Assembly (NCBI GenBank): GCA_049964795.1
Contig: JBMFWY010000005.1
Location: 1-49,048, forward strand
Direction of reading: 5' to 3'
Length of the DNA: 49,048 nucleotides
Source of the DNA: Candidatus Micrarchaeia archaeon
GTDB lineage: Archaea; Micrarchaeota; Micrarchaeia; Micrarchaeales; Micrarchaeaceae
Part shown: piece after piece, positions 18,083-27,408 of the stretch
Layout of the letters: each line of letters starts with the position of its first letter
How positions within the stretch are numbered: the first letter of the stretch is position 1
Position numbers and translations under genes: made by a program
The notes under the pieces: model-generated
The model's database searches: none
Told to the model about the DNA's origin: nothing
Seen by the model: only the letters and a program-made list of their open reading frames with translations

Positions 18083-19786
18083 TCAGTAGCTTAAGCTTTG
18101 ATTTCTCTCAGCGATTTCTTTTGTTATCTTTTCAATGAATTCATCTAGCTTTACGCCTTGCTTCTGCGAGCCGCTTCTGGCCCTTATCGTGACAGTCTTT
18201 GACTCCTCTTCCTTCTTGCCTATGACAAGCATGTAAGGCACTTTCTTCATCTGCGCCTCGCGTATTTTGTACTCTAGGGTTCTGTCAGAATCGTCAAGCG
18301 ATGCTCTTAGACCATTTTCGCGGAGCTTTTTCAAAATCTCCTCCGCATAATTGTTCGACTGTTCTGATATCGGTATGACTTCAGCTTGGACAGGAGAAAG
18401 CCACGTAGGGAACTTGCCCTGATAGTGCTCTATTAGCACGCCTGCGAACCTTTCAACGCTGCCAAGTATTGCTCTGTGTATTACTACAGGAACCTTTGGC
18501 TTTCCGTCCTCTCCTGTATACTCTAGATTAAATCTTCTGGGTAGCTGGTAATCCAACTGTATGGTAAGGCACTGCCAGCTCCTGCCCATAGAATCTGTTA
18601 CATCACCGTCTATCTTTGGCCCGTAGAAAGCCCCTTCACCTTCCTTTACCTCGTAAGGCAATCCCTTGTTCTTGAGCGCGTTTTCGAGCGCTTTTGTAGC
18701 TTCCTCCCAAAGCCTTTCGTCACCCATGTGGTCCTTTGGCATTGTGGAGAGCTTGAGCTTGTAGCTCATCCCGAAAAGCGCATAAGTGTTCTTTGCTATC
18801 TCTAGCAAGTTTGATATCTCCTTTTCTATTTGGTCGTCCCTTGCAAATATGTGACCATCGTCCTGCGTAAGCTCCCTGACGCGGAATAAGCCCGTAAGCG
18901 CGCCGCTTATCTCATTTCTATATATTTTGTCGAATATTGCAGTCCTGAAAGGCAACTCCCTGTAGCTCCATCTTTTCGACTTGTATATAAGCATAGTAGA
19001 TGGACAGTTCATTGGCTTCAAGCCGAGCTTTTCGCCTCCCGACTCAAACACGAACATGTTGTCCTTGTAATGGTCTATATGGCCGCTAACGTGCCAAAGA
19101 GCTATGTTTGCTATAGCAGGAGTGCTTATTTCGTCATAGTCATATTTCGCTATCTGCTCCCTCATTAACTTTATGAGCTCCCTGTAAAGTATATGCCCGT
19201 TCTTGTGCCAGTATACCATTCCTGGAGATACCTCCTGAAATGTGAACAGGTTGAGGTTTTCTGATATGGTTCTATGGTCAGTATCGGGCAAACCCGAGAA
19301 GTCGCTCTTTCTTACTATTGAAGTATCTACCTTTTCGCTTTGGACAGCTTTGTGAGGTGCAACTTTTTTCTCTTCCTCTCCTTCCGAGTACGTCCTGCTC
19401 TGCTCTGCAAGTGGGTGGCCTTTTATGCTCAGGCTGAGCTTCTTGTTCCAACCGAACGGTGCCTTAGCAACTTCGTATTCTTCGCCTAGCTTCTTTTCCA
19501 TCTCATTAAGCATATCCATTGCCTCCTGCGGCTTGGCCAAGTTTGGGCTCAAGTGGGCATAAGGGTATATGACTATCTTTTTTCTTCCCAGCTGCTTCAT
19601 GAATTTCTTAGTATCTTCTACTGCCTTTGCTATTTGCCGCTCTGTATCTCCTTCCTCAACGCTGACAAGAAGAACCAGCGCATCGTCTATTGATACCTTG
19701 GCTTTCTCTGCCTTTTCATATACTTTTGATTCTGGATTCATTGGCTCGTAAGTTATATTATCCACGTCAAGCTGCAATATTTTCAT
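18083..19786 (-). CDS. thrS: Threonyl-tRNA synthetase (archaeal editing domain plus bacterial-type catalytic core)
   Basis: IYPYAHLS and APFGW in the N-terminus; KPMNCP, GLFRVRELTQDDGH, GAFYGPKID, IHRAILGSVERF; anticodon-binding domain. Confidence 0.96.
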   Translation of the reverse strand: MKILQLDVDNITYEPMNPESKVYEKAEKAKVSIDDALVLLVSVEEGDTERQIAKAVEDTKKFMKQLGRKKIVIYPYAHLSPNLAKPQEAMDMLNEMEKKLGEEYEVAKAPFGWNKKLSLSIKGHPLAEQSRTYSEGEEEKKVAPHKAVQSEKVDTSIVRKSDFSGLPDTDHRTISENLNLFTFQEVSPGMVYWHKNGHILYRELIKLMREQIAKYDYDEISTPAIANIALWHVSGHIDHYKDNMFVFESGGEKLGLKPMNCPSTMLIYKSKRWSYRELPFRTAIFDKIYRNEISGALTGLFRVRELTQDDGHIFARDDQIEKEISNLLEIAKNTYALFGMSYKLKLSTMPKDHMGDERLWEEATKALENALKNKGLPYEVKEGEGAFYGPKIDGDVTDSMGRSWQCLTIQLDYQLPRRFNLEYTGEDGKPKVPVVIHRAILGSVERFAGVLIEHYQGKFPTWLSPVQAEVIPISEQSNNYAEEILKKLRENGLRASLDDSDRTLEYKIREAQMKKVPYMLVIGKKEEESKTVTIRARSGSQKQGVKLDEFIEKITKEIAERNQSLSY

Positions 19787-19976
19787 GATAACACTTTTTC
19801 AACTACGACAAATAGCTTTCACAAGAAACTTAATTAAGCTGTCAAATAAAGAAATAAAAAGATTATCTGCAGGTGCATTTTTTGCCCTTCAACCGCTAAT
19901 CTGCTAAAACCGCACATAGAAACGATAGGTTTTTAAATAATTCATATTAAAAGGTATTACGACTAGGAGTGGTAAA

Positions 19977-20378
19977 ATGTCAAGAAAACTTGTACCCTTC
20001 GGCTTGGTATCAAATTCATATGAGGTTGGCAAATTGTTCGGCAAGCTTTTGCTGGTATTTGCACTATTTGGCTTTATAGGAGCGAATCTTGCCGCTTCGC
20101 AGTCTAGTGCAATAACCACTATATCAAGCGCACTTTGCGGCATATATACCCTAATACACACTGTAATCTTTATAATAGGCCTTGTGCTTATAATTGTTGG
20201 AGGTGCAATGTATGCTGGGGCGCACGTGCTTCCCGGCAACTTCAAGAGCCAGCTGCAAGGTTATGGCATGGGTATGATCGTTGGCGGGATAGCAGGAGTA
20301 GTAATAGCACTTTCTGCGCCTTTCATCATGACCACAATAGTGGGCAACTCGGCTAACTTCTCTACATGCTCCACCTGA
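19977..20378 (+). CDS. VirB2/TrbC-like (CedA1/TedC-like) conjugative-type pilin
   Basis: Signal-like N-terminus ending AASQS, amphipathic helix, two Gly-rich hydrophobic helices separated by a short polar loop (HVLPGNFKSQLQG), two Cys; lies upstream of a VirB4-like cluster. Confidence 0.65.
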   Translation: MSRKLVPFGLVSNSYEVGKLFGKLLLVFALFGFIGANLAASQSSAITTISSALCGIYTLIHTVIFIIGLVLIIVGGAMYAGAHVLPGNFKSQLQGYGMGMIVGGIAGVVIALSAPFIMTTIVGNSANFSTCST

Positions 20379-20458
20379 ATTTAGCAACAAGCTTGCGCTA
20401 CTGCCAAATGTTCTAGCGCAGCAGGCTGCCATTCCCCTGCACGTTGCATGGTAGAGTA

Positions 20459-20498
20459 ATTTCTTTTTCTTTCCTTTCTATTTCTTATTTATTCCTTT
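20459..20498 (+). terminator. T-rich archaeal terminator after the pilin gene
   Basis: About 40 nt pyrimidine/T-rich tract. Confidence 0.45.
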
Positions 20499-20534
20499 CC
20501 ATACAATATAACTCATAATCTGAAAGGTGTATAT

Positions 20535-21266
20535 TTGACCAATGTGCTTGCTTACACTGCTAAAGCATACTATTCAAATCTCCGCGTAATACTGCTTTTT
20601 TCCCTCTCGCTTGTTGTCGCTTTCCTAATTCCAACTCTTGCCTTCTTCCCAACTTACAACGACATGGGCGCCATTTTCTTAAGGACCGCAAGCGAGCTTT
20701 TAAACCTTAATATCTTCAATTTTTCCGTAATAGTTATCTCAGTTTTCTTCTCGCTTATATTCCTCAGCTTTGCGATAGTTGCAATAAACGTAATCGTAAA
20801 GCACAGCAGGACTCACGTGCGCATAAGGAAAGAAGTCTTTGAAGGCCTGGAGAAATATACTAGCCGCGTTTTTGCGGTGCTGCTTCTTTTTACCTTTCTG
20901 CTTTCCATTTTCAACCTTGCAATTTACCTTCTTGGGCTTCCAGCATACTTGTATTATCTAATAGCCCTTGCACTAACACCTCTTTTCTTCTACACCCCTT
21001 CTTCGATAGTTATAGATGACCTTAAGATAAGCCATGCAATAAGGATGGGTGCTCTATTCTTTTTTAGGCGCTTCGACTATTTCCTGCTCTGGCTTGTTAT
21101 AGCAATAGTCGCGCTTTCATTTTTCGATTTCATTTTCCTTGCAATCAGCCAAACTGTAGCTTCTGGCTATGCAATGCTTGCGTTCAATGCAATATTCATA
21201 GCTCCGTTCCTCGTGCTGCTGCAGAGCGAGATGTATATGAAGCGTTTCGCGATGCTGAAACGTTAA
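20535..21266 (+). CDS. Uncharacterised ~6-TM membrane protein
   Basis: GGTG RBS plus TTG; six hydrophobic segments. Confidence 0.7.
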   Translation: MTNVLAYTAKAYYSNLRVILLFSLSLVVAFLIPTLAFFPTYNDMGAIFLRTASELLNLNIFNFSVIVISVFFSLIFLSFAIVAINVIVKHSRTHVRIRKEVFEGLEKYTSRVFAVLLLFTFLLSIFNLAIYLLGLPAYLYYLIALALTPLFFYTPSSIVIDDLKISHAIRMGALFFFRRFDYFLLWLVIAIVALSFFDFIFLAISQTVASGYAMLAFNAIFIAPFLVLLQSEMYMKRFAMLKR

Positions 21267-21360
21267 AGGAATCTTTCCCTCCCTATTTTGCCAAAGTCGG
21301 ATTTTTGCACATATAGCAGGCTATCTTGCGCAAAGCGCTTTTACGCCTAGCACGCGTAAT

Positions 21361-21376
21361 AAGAAATGCTTATAAA
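21361..21376 (+). promoter_or_regulatory. BRE plus TATA for a probably leaderless transcript starting near 21399
   Basis: AAGAAA-TGC-TTATAAA about 23 nt upstream of an ATG that has no SD. Confidence 0.5.
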
Positions 21377-21398
21377 CTCTTTTTTATAAGTTTTCTAT

Positions 21399-22616
21399 AT
21401 GCGACATGGACTTTTGCGTGCTCTCTTGCCCTTGCTCTTGTTGCTTTCCTTGGCTGGGGTTTCAAGCGCTTCGAGCAGTTGCACTGCGATTCCTACCGAT
21501 CTTTCCATGTCCGTAACTAGCGGCATAAGCACCGCTGTGAGCCTGTCCTTTATAGCGGTACTCTTCTCCTTTGCTATGGTAGCCCTTTCATATATGGTAG
21601 GCGAGGTGCTAAAGGTAGAAGGACTCAAAAAATGGTATCAGGGTGAACTTTGGGAGACAATAAAATCCATACTTATAATGGTGTCTATCTTCTCAATACT
21701 AGTAATAGCAAGTGGCATCGCGACTGCCGTTGCTGGCAATGCTTCCACTGCGCAGTTTTCATTGTCCGGTACGCGCTCTACGCTTGGAACCTACATATGG
21801 GATAATCTTGCCACCTTCTACTATTCGACTTATTGCAACTACATACAGCCCGAGAATACCTCACTCAGCAACAGCTTCGCAGGCGTGTACGGAGTTGCGC
21901 TTGGGACAGATCTTCTGAAAAGCCTTACTCTAGATCTTTATGTGCCAATTCCTCTCCCGGTTCTTCCTCCTGTCTTTGCGGGATTTATGTTTGGGTCCAA
22001 AAGCAACATCTACGTAAGCAGCATAATAGACACTACAGGAAAGACAACCTCTTTTCTGGCGGATTTCACAATGGTAATAATAATGCCGTTGTACTTGCTG
22101 TTTGCCATGCAGGCAAATTACTTCTATCTTATACTAATGCTCGGCCTAGGCTTTTTCTTGCCTTTTGGGATAATACTGCGTGCGATACCAATAGTAAGGC
22201 CCATAGGTGGTACTCTTATGGCTATAGGCATAGGGATAAGCCTTATTTACCCGGCGCTGTTCATATTTATGAACTTGCCAATAACGGCATTGGAAAACAG
22301 CATATTCATTCCGCCAAGCGTGTCGAGCACATCCCTTACTGGCGCTGCAGCAATCTTCAATTATTTCATAACTACCATAATAAACTTTTACACCTCCTGG
22401 GCCAGCACCGCAGCCGGAGGCTTCTGGGCAGGCATTACAGGAATAGCAGGAGTATATGGTCCTTTGAATTACATAACTTATACCCTTGTAGATGTAATAG
22501 TGCAGTTCATGCTGCTTATATTTGACCTGGTGATAGGTATAGTGGTAACGGACCATATAGCAAAGCTGTTTGGCGGCAGGCTTCCTACAGGAATAGGAAA
22601 ATTCAAGGTAGCGTGA
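21399..22616 (+). CDS. CedA/VirB6-like membrane protein, paralog 1
   Basis: GIILRAIPIVRPIGGTLMAIGIGISLIYP motif; N-terminal GELWE hairpin. Confidence 0.65.
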   Translation: MRHGLLRALLPLLLLLSLAGVSSASSSCTAIPTDLSMSVTSGISTAVSLSFIAVLFSFAMVALSYMVGEVLKVEGLKKWYQGELWETIKSILIMVSIFSILVIASGIATAVAGNASTAQFSLSGTRSTLGTYIWDNLATFYYSTYCNYIQPENTSLSNSFAGVYGVALGTDLLKSLTLDLYVPIPLPVLPPVFAGFMFGSKSNIYVSSIIDTTGKTTSFLADFTMVIIMPLYLLFAMQANYFYLILMLGLGFFLPFGIILRAIPIVRPIGGTLMAIGIGISLIYPALFIFMNLPITALENSIFIPPSVSSTSLTGAAAIFNYFITTIINFYTSWASTAAGGFWAGITGIAGVYGPLNYITYTLVDVIVQFMLLIFDLVIGIVVTDHIAKLFGGRLPTGIGKFKVA

Positions 22617-22655
22617 TAAGTTGTTGAATGAAAAAGTGAATTCAAAGTTGATCGA

Positions 22656-23783
22656 ATGGTAAACACTTGCGCCCTATACGGCTCTTTCACAAACGCCAAC
22701 AATTGGATAGGTATAAATGTGCTTGTCTTGATAGTTGGCCTTTCTATAGTAGCCGCAATTTACTCGTTGAGCAGGCTTTTGCCTTCAGATACTCGCGCAA
22801 AGGTTACCGGGATAACGAAAATAGAGATAACGCAGCTTATAATAAGCGCTGTAATAATCGCGTCGCTTATTGCGGCGTCTTCAACAGCTTGTGACATAGC
22901 CGCTTTAATAAGCCGATCTGTGACAGGCACGGCATACTCTCCATTTGTTTTTGCAGATTTCTACATAGGGAATCTCATATACAACAAAGGGCTTGCAATA
23001 TACGCGCAGATATACACCCTTTCGATAACTTACGATATCTATTCTAAGGTTCTTGGCTTTGCAGGTAGCATGATCGCGAGCCTAATACCAGGAGTCGGCG
23101 AGCTGTTCAAATATTCTTTTGGTGGCATCGCGACCATTACCGGAACTTTAGGATACGATGCGGCAATCGCGCTTGGAATATTCAGCACTCTCTTGGTAGT
23201 GATGTTCTCCCCTCTTGTAATAATTGCTGTAGGTATGCTCTTTATCCAATACCTGCTGCTTCCTGTAATACAATACACGATGTTTACAATCGTGCTGCCA
23301 ATAGCGATAGCGATGAGATCGCTTTCCTTTACGGGTGCTGGCCTTCGTTCAGCTTCCAATGCCGTGCTCGCGATAGCCATAGCCGCTTACTTGGTGTACC
23401 CTATAACCGTTGGATTTGACGCTTATACTATGAACTGGCTTTTCAGCGCTTCAAATCCTACCTACACGTTTTTGGCCTCTACCTATTCGCACAACACAGC
23501 TATTCCATCGACATTTCTAAGCACGACAGGTATACCTGCATTCGGGAGCGCGACTTATCCCTCAACCGGCTCTATATTAAGCATGCTGAGCATTTCAGGA
23601 TTTCTCTCAGCGATTTCATTCTCCGAACCGCTTACTATCGTCAACGAGGTATCAGAGCTGCTCTTCCAATCTGTTGTGCTGTTTGGCCTTGACATAGTAA
23701 TAACAATAGGTTTTGCGAGCTCGCTCGCCCGGGCGTTGAACTCTGGCATAGAAGGTGCGGCTTCGTTCTGGAGCAATATATAG
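22656..23783 (+). CDS. CedA/VirB6-like membrane protein, paralog 2
   Basis: AIAMRSLSFTGAGLRSASNAVLAIAIAAYLVYP; IEITQ hairpin. Confidence 0.6.
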   Translation: MVNTCALYGSFTNANNWIGINVLVLIVGLSIVAAIYSLSRLLPSDTRAKVTGITKIEITQLIISAVIIASLIAASSTACDIAALISRSVTGTAYSPFVFADFYIGNLIYNKGLAIYAQIYTLSITYDIYSKVLGFAGSMIASLIPGVGELFKYSFGGIATITGTLGYDAAIALGIFSTLLVVMFSPLVIIAVGMLFIQYLLLPVIQYTMFTIVLPIAIAMRSLSFTGAGLRSASNAVLAIAIAAYLVYPITVGFDAYTMNWLFSASNPTYTFLASTYSHNTAIPSTFLSTTGIPAFGSATYPSTGSILSMLSISGFLSAISFSEPLTIVNEVSELLFQSVVLFGLDIVITIGFASSLARALNSGIEGAASFWSNI

Positions 23784-23793
23784 GTGTTGCAAA

Positions 23794-25173
23794 ATGGTAT
23801 TTCCATCGATCATGCTTTCTCCGACTTTTTCATCAGTGCACTCGCTCCTATTTCCCCTAGTTTTGTTGGCATTTTTTATAGATGCAATGCTGCTCAGTAT
23901 ATGGTACTTCCTCGGAGTGCTGCTGAACAACCGCACGGTAAAGTCTTCGGCGCTTTCGGAATTTTACCAGCTTATTGGCACGGCTCTTTTAATTGCGGTA
24001 GTCTTAGGCGTTCTGGTATTTGCAGGAGAGCTTATTTACAGCACGATGTCTTCCACTGCTCTTCTTAATCCATTTACCGTTTCAAACATGCTCAACAATG
24101 TCATGACCACTACACAGCTTTCGATAATAGGCCCTTCAGATTCCCTGCTCGTGCCTGCAAACACCGCTTACTTCCCTGGTGTGTTCCTAATAGTATATGA
24201 TGCGGAGTATACAAATTCGTTCACTACAAAAATAGACTATCCTCTTGCCGCTTCGGTAGCCGTGCTTGCTAATCTGACAAACCAAACTGCCGGCAACATA
24301 AACAACATGTTCAATCTCGATGCGTTCCTGGGATTTTTAGATACACTTACACCTCAGACAGGATTTTGCATCAGTAAGGGCCTTCCATGCTATGTACCTA
24401 ACATAGGTGCAATAACCGATTTTTGGATAAGCGTCGGCTTTACTCCCTATGCGGGCTATGACATGATCTATACATCAATGAAGGCGCTTACCCTTGTACT
24501 TACTTCTTCGCTGGAAGCTTTTGTTGCGCAGCTGCTTTTCTTTGTCACAATACTTTATGCGTGGCCTTTTCTGCTTTTCCTAGGCATAATATTTCGGGCT
24601 ACTTTCTTCACTAGGAAAGTAGGCGGGCTATTGATAGCCATAGCAGTTTCCTCAGTGCTTATCTTTCCCACAATATTCGCGTTGGAATACCTTTCGCTTG
24701 CAAACGGGGTGCCTGCATATGCCCCTTCTACTTACGGATTCAATTCCATAACCCCATTGCCTGCAGCACCTAGCGGGACTACAAAATACGAAATTAACTT
24801 TTTTGTAGAACCAAACATAGCTTCAATAGCAATCCATAACGGCTGTTATCCAGAAATTGGCGGCTATACCACGCTTCTTGGATCAGAGTTTGCTGACATA
24901 GCGCAAACGATGATACCTTTTGCAAACATTGTGCTGCTGCTTTATGGAAAATTTGTATCCCCAAACCAAATAAATTTCCCGCTTTTGGTAGGATGCGGCC
25001 TTCCAAATGCACTAAAGACACTTTTTGACATGCTGAATGTCTATGGCATAATAGGAGTAGTAGGCTACTTCCTCCCCATAGTCAATCTTTTGATATTCAT
25101 TTCTTCAATAAGAGGATTGTCCGGCCTCATGGGAGGGGACACAACTCTAGGCGGGCTCTCAAGGTTGATCTAA
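23794..25173 (+). CDS. CedA/VirB6-like membrane protein, paralog 3
   Basis: GIIFRATFFTRKVGGLLIAIAVSSVLIFP; SEFYQ hairpin; GGTG RBS before ATG 23794. Confidence 0.65.
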   Translation: MVFPSIMLSPTFSSVHSLLFPLVLLAFFIDAMLLSIWYFLGVLLNNRTVKSSALSEFYQLIGTALLIAVVLGVLVFAGELIYSTMSSTALLNPFTVSNMLNNVMTTTQLSIIGPSDSLLVPANTAYFPGVFLIVYDAEYTNSFTTKIDYPLAASVAVLANLTNQTAGNINNMFNLDAFLGFLDTLTPQTGFCISKGLPCYVPNIGAITDFWISVGFTPYAGYDMIYTSMKALTLVLTSSLEAFVAQLLFFVTILYAWPFLLFLGIIFRATFFTRKVGGLLIAIAVSSVLIFPTIFALEYLSLANGVPAYAPSTYGFNSITPLPAAPSGTTKYEINFFVEPNIASIAIHNGCYPEIGGYTTLLGSEFADIAQTMIPFANIVLLLYGKFVSPNQINFPLLVGCGLPNALKTLFDMLNVYGIIGVVGYFLPIVNLLIFISSIRGLSGLMGGDTTLGGLSRLI

Positions 25174-26337
25174 ATGGCAATGCGCAATTCAAAAGCTAAA
25201 TTGAAAAATTTGTTGCGCCTTCCTTTGCTAGCTGCGCTTCTCTTTATTCTGGTTGCTTCCAGCCTTTCAAACCTCTCCTTTTCGCAGGTAAGCGGCACGG
25301 CATATTGCAACTCACTATTTAATCCTGCAGGAGGCACCTCATATTCTTTGTTCAATTATCCTACTTCTTTGAACTACATGCTTTGGCTTTCCGTACTAGC
25401 AATGATAATAATGATAATGGTGGCAGGCATTACCTATGCAATAGGCACCGCATTCAAGTTGGACAAGCTTGTAAGGTTTAGCAAAGCCGAGATAGGCGAA
25501 ATATTCATTACAGCAATAATAGTATTCGCAATCATCGGCACCTTCAAGCTTGCGAGCAGCGTATCTCCAACTTCTCCTCCGACAAGCGCGCTTACTTCTA
25601 CCAGCTTCTTCTCGGACTCCGCATTTGTAAATTCCTGTACCTCAGCCGCAAACGTCTCAATAGGCGAAATGCCCTCGGCTTTGGGTCTTATGCTGCAGAA
25701 TTCCATAATCTCCTTTTTCAGGAGCTTGAGGATATCGATAGAGCCAAACCATTTCGGAGTAGCATTCTCGCCATTCGCAGGTTTTTCACTCATATCAAGC
25801 GTGATAGGTATAATGGTAGACCTTGCTTGGTCGTTCGTGCTTCTTATGGCAGGGGTTGCAATGTTCCTATTCATAATCTATTCCTTCTTCCCTATATTCT
25901 TCTTTGCAGGAGTAGTACTAAGGACAATACCCTGGACGCGAGCTGCAGGCGGCGCCTTCCTTGGCATTTTCATAGGCTTCTTCATCGTGTTCCCTCTGCT
26001 TATGGAATTTGCGCTTAATATCGGAGCTAATACTATATTCCAGTCGAGTTGTGCGCTCAGCGCCGGAACTTCTCTGGGCTCCTGCTTGCAAAGCCAGACG
26101 ACCCTTACCTCAACTACATTCGATTCATTCACTTCAGTAATTTCAGCGCCGGCGGACGTGGTTGATGGTCCGCATCTTATAGGCATGTTTGTAGCTGACG
26201 TTATCTCTCCTGCAATTTATTCCATAATAGGTACAATCATTTCGATATTGATAACGATAGACTTTTCTGAGACTATGGGTGATTTCCTCGGAGCTCCGTC
26301 ATTGAGGTCGGCTGATGTGCTGAGGAAGCTAATATAG
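25174..26337 (+). CDS. CedA/VirB6-like membrane protein, paralog 4
   Basis: GVVLRTIPWTRAAGGAFLGIFIGFFIVFP; AEIGE hairpin. Confidence 0.65.
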   Translation: MAMRNSKAKLKNLLRLPLLAALLFILVASSLSNLSFSQVSGTAYCNSLFNPAGGTSYSLFNYPTSLNYMLWLSVLAMIIMIMVAGITYAIGTAFKLDKLVRFSKAEIGEIFITAIIVFAIIGTFKLASSVSPTSPPTSALTSTSFFSDSAFVNSCTSAANVSIGEMPSALGLMLQNSIISFFRSLRISIEPNHFGVAFSPFAGFSLISSVIGIMVDLAWSFVLLMAGVAMFLFIIYSFFPIFFFAGVVLRTIPWTRAAGGAFLGIFIGFFIVFPLLMEFALNIGANTIFQSSCALSAGTSLGSCLQSQTTLTSTTFDSFTSVISAPADVVDGPHLIGMFVADVISPAIYSIIGTIISILITIDFSETMGDFLGAPSLRSADVLRKLI

Positions 26338-26345
26338 GTGTAGCA

Positions 26346-27404
26346 ATGCGCAAGGAAAAAGCAGTATTTTTCGCCTTCGGCTTAATAATTCTAGCTGTGC
26401 CTATTTTCAACTTCGCCCATGCTTCCCAATCTCCTAACTTGTTCCTCGGCTCTGGCATAATGCTTTCTAATATTGTAACAAGCTGGGAATCTATTGCGTT
26501 AATAGCGGCATTAATCACGATTTCTGCGGCAGCGGTAGTATTTGCCCTTGCCTCTGTCATAAACAGCCCCACAGCAAGAGCATGGTCGAGGAACCAGATT
26601 TACGAGGTGCTGCTTTCGCTGGCAATGCTCCTAATCTTCTCTGCTTTTGCGTACCTTTTCCTTCTCAATCCTGTAAAAGCGTTTTCCTCAATAGGCCTTC
26701 TTCCTTCGCAATGTGGCTCCGCCAATGGCGTAAGCGACATCTTCACACTCTCCGCTTGTGATCTGAGCACCTTCAACAACTACGCTTTTAACAGCGCGTC
26801 AACTTTGTACATAGCCTCTTATGTTTTAGGCCTGGCGCCAGGCCTTTCAATAAAGATAGCAATGCCGACGCAGCCTACCATAAGCGCAGAGCTTACGCTA
26901 AGCAGCATACTCCCTCCAAATGTGGAGAACGTGCTGACTATTTCATTCAACGCAATTTTTTTCATGCTCGTGCTCAATCAGATACAGCTTCTTATAATAT
27001 CCTCAGCATATCTTTTCCTTTTCATCTTCTTCGCTGTAGGAATAATAGCGCGCACATTCGGCTTCGCGCGAAGCTTTGGAGGAGTAATGATAGCCTTTGC
27101 TATAGGCTTGGGCCTTATCTACCCTATTTTAATCAGCATCTCTTACGGTTTCATAGATACCCAGGTTTCATCCTCTTCGATAGGCATGATAGAATCAGTG
27201 CTATTGTCCCTTCTTCTATCACCTCTGGCCTTGCTCGATGCGCAAATTCTAACAAATATAATGGTATTTGTGGGCTACCTTGCCGCAGGTCTAACTTTTA
27301 TACCTTTTCTTAACTTCCTTATCCTTGACGCGTTTATAGTTGACTTTTCAAGCGCTATAGGGGAAAGGGTAAGCTTCATGTCCTTGCTTACCGGTCTTGT
27401 GTGA
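26346..27404 (+). CDS. CedA/VirB6-like membrane protein, paralog 5
   Basis: GIIARTFGFARSFGGVMIAFAIGLGLIYP; NQIYE hairpin. Confidence 0.65.
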   Translation: MRKEKAVFFAFGLIILAVPIFNFAHASQSPNLFLGSGIMLSNIVTSWESIALIAALITISAAAVVFALASVINSPTARAWSRNQIYEVLLSLAMLLIFSAFAYLFLLNPVKAFSSIGLLPSQCGSANGVSDIFTLSACDLSTFNNYAFNSASTLYIASYVLGLAPGLSIKIAMPTQPTISAELTLSSILPPNVENVLTISFNAIFFMLVLNQIQLLIISSAYLFLFIFFAVGIIARTFGFARSFGGVMIAFAIGLGLIYPILISISYGFIDTQVSSSSIGMIESVLLSLLLSPLALLDAQILTNIMVFVGYLAAGLTFIPFLNFLILDAFIVDFSSAIGERVSFMSLLTGLV

Positions 27405-27408
27405 TATC

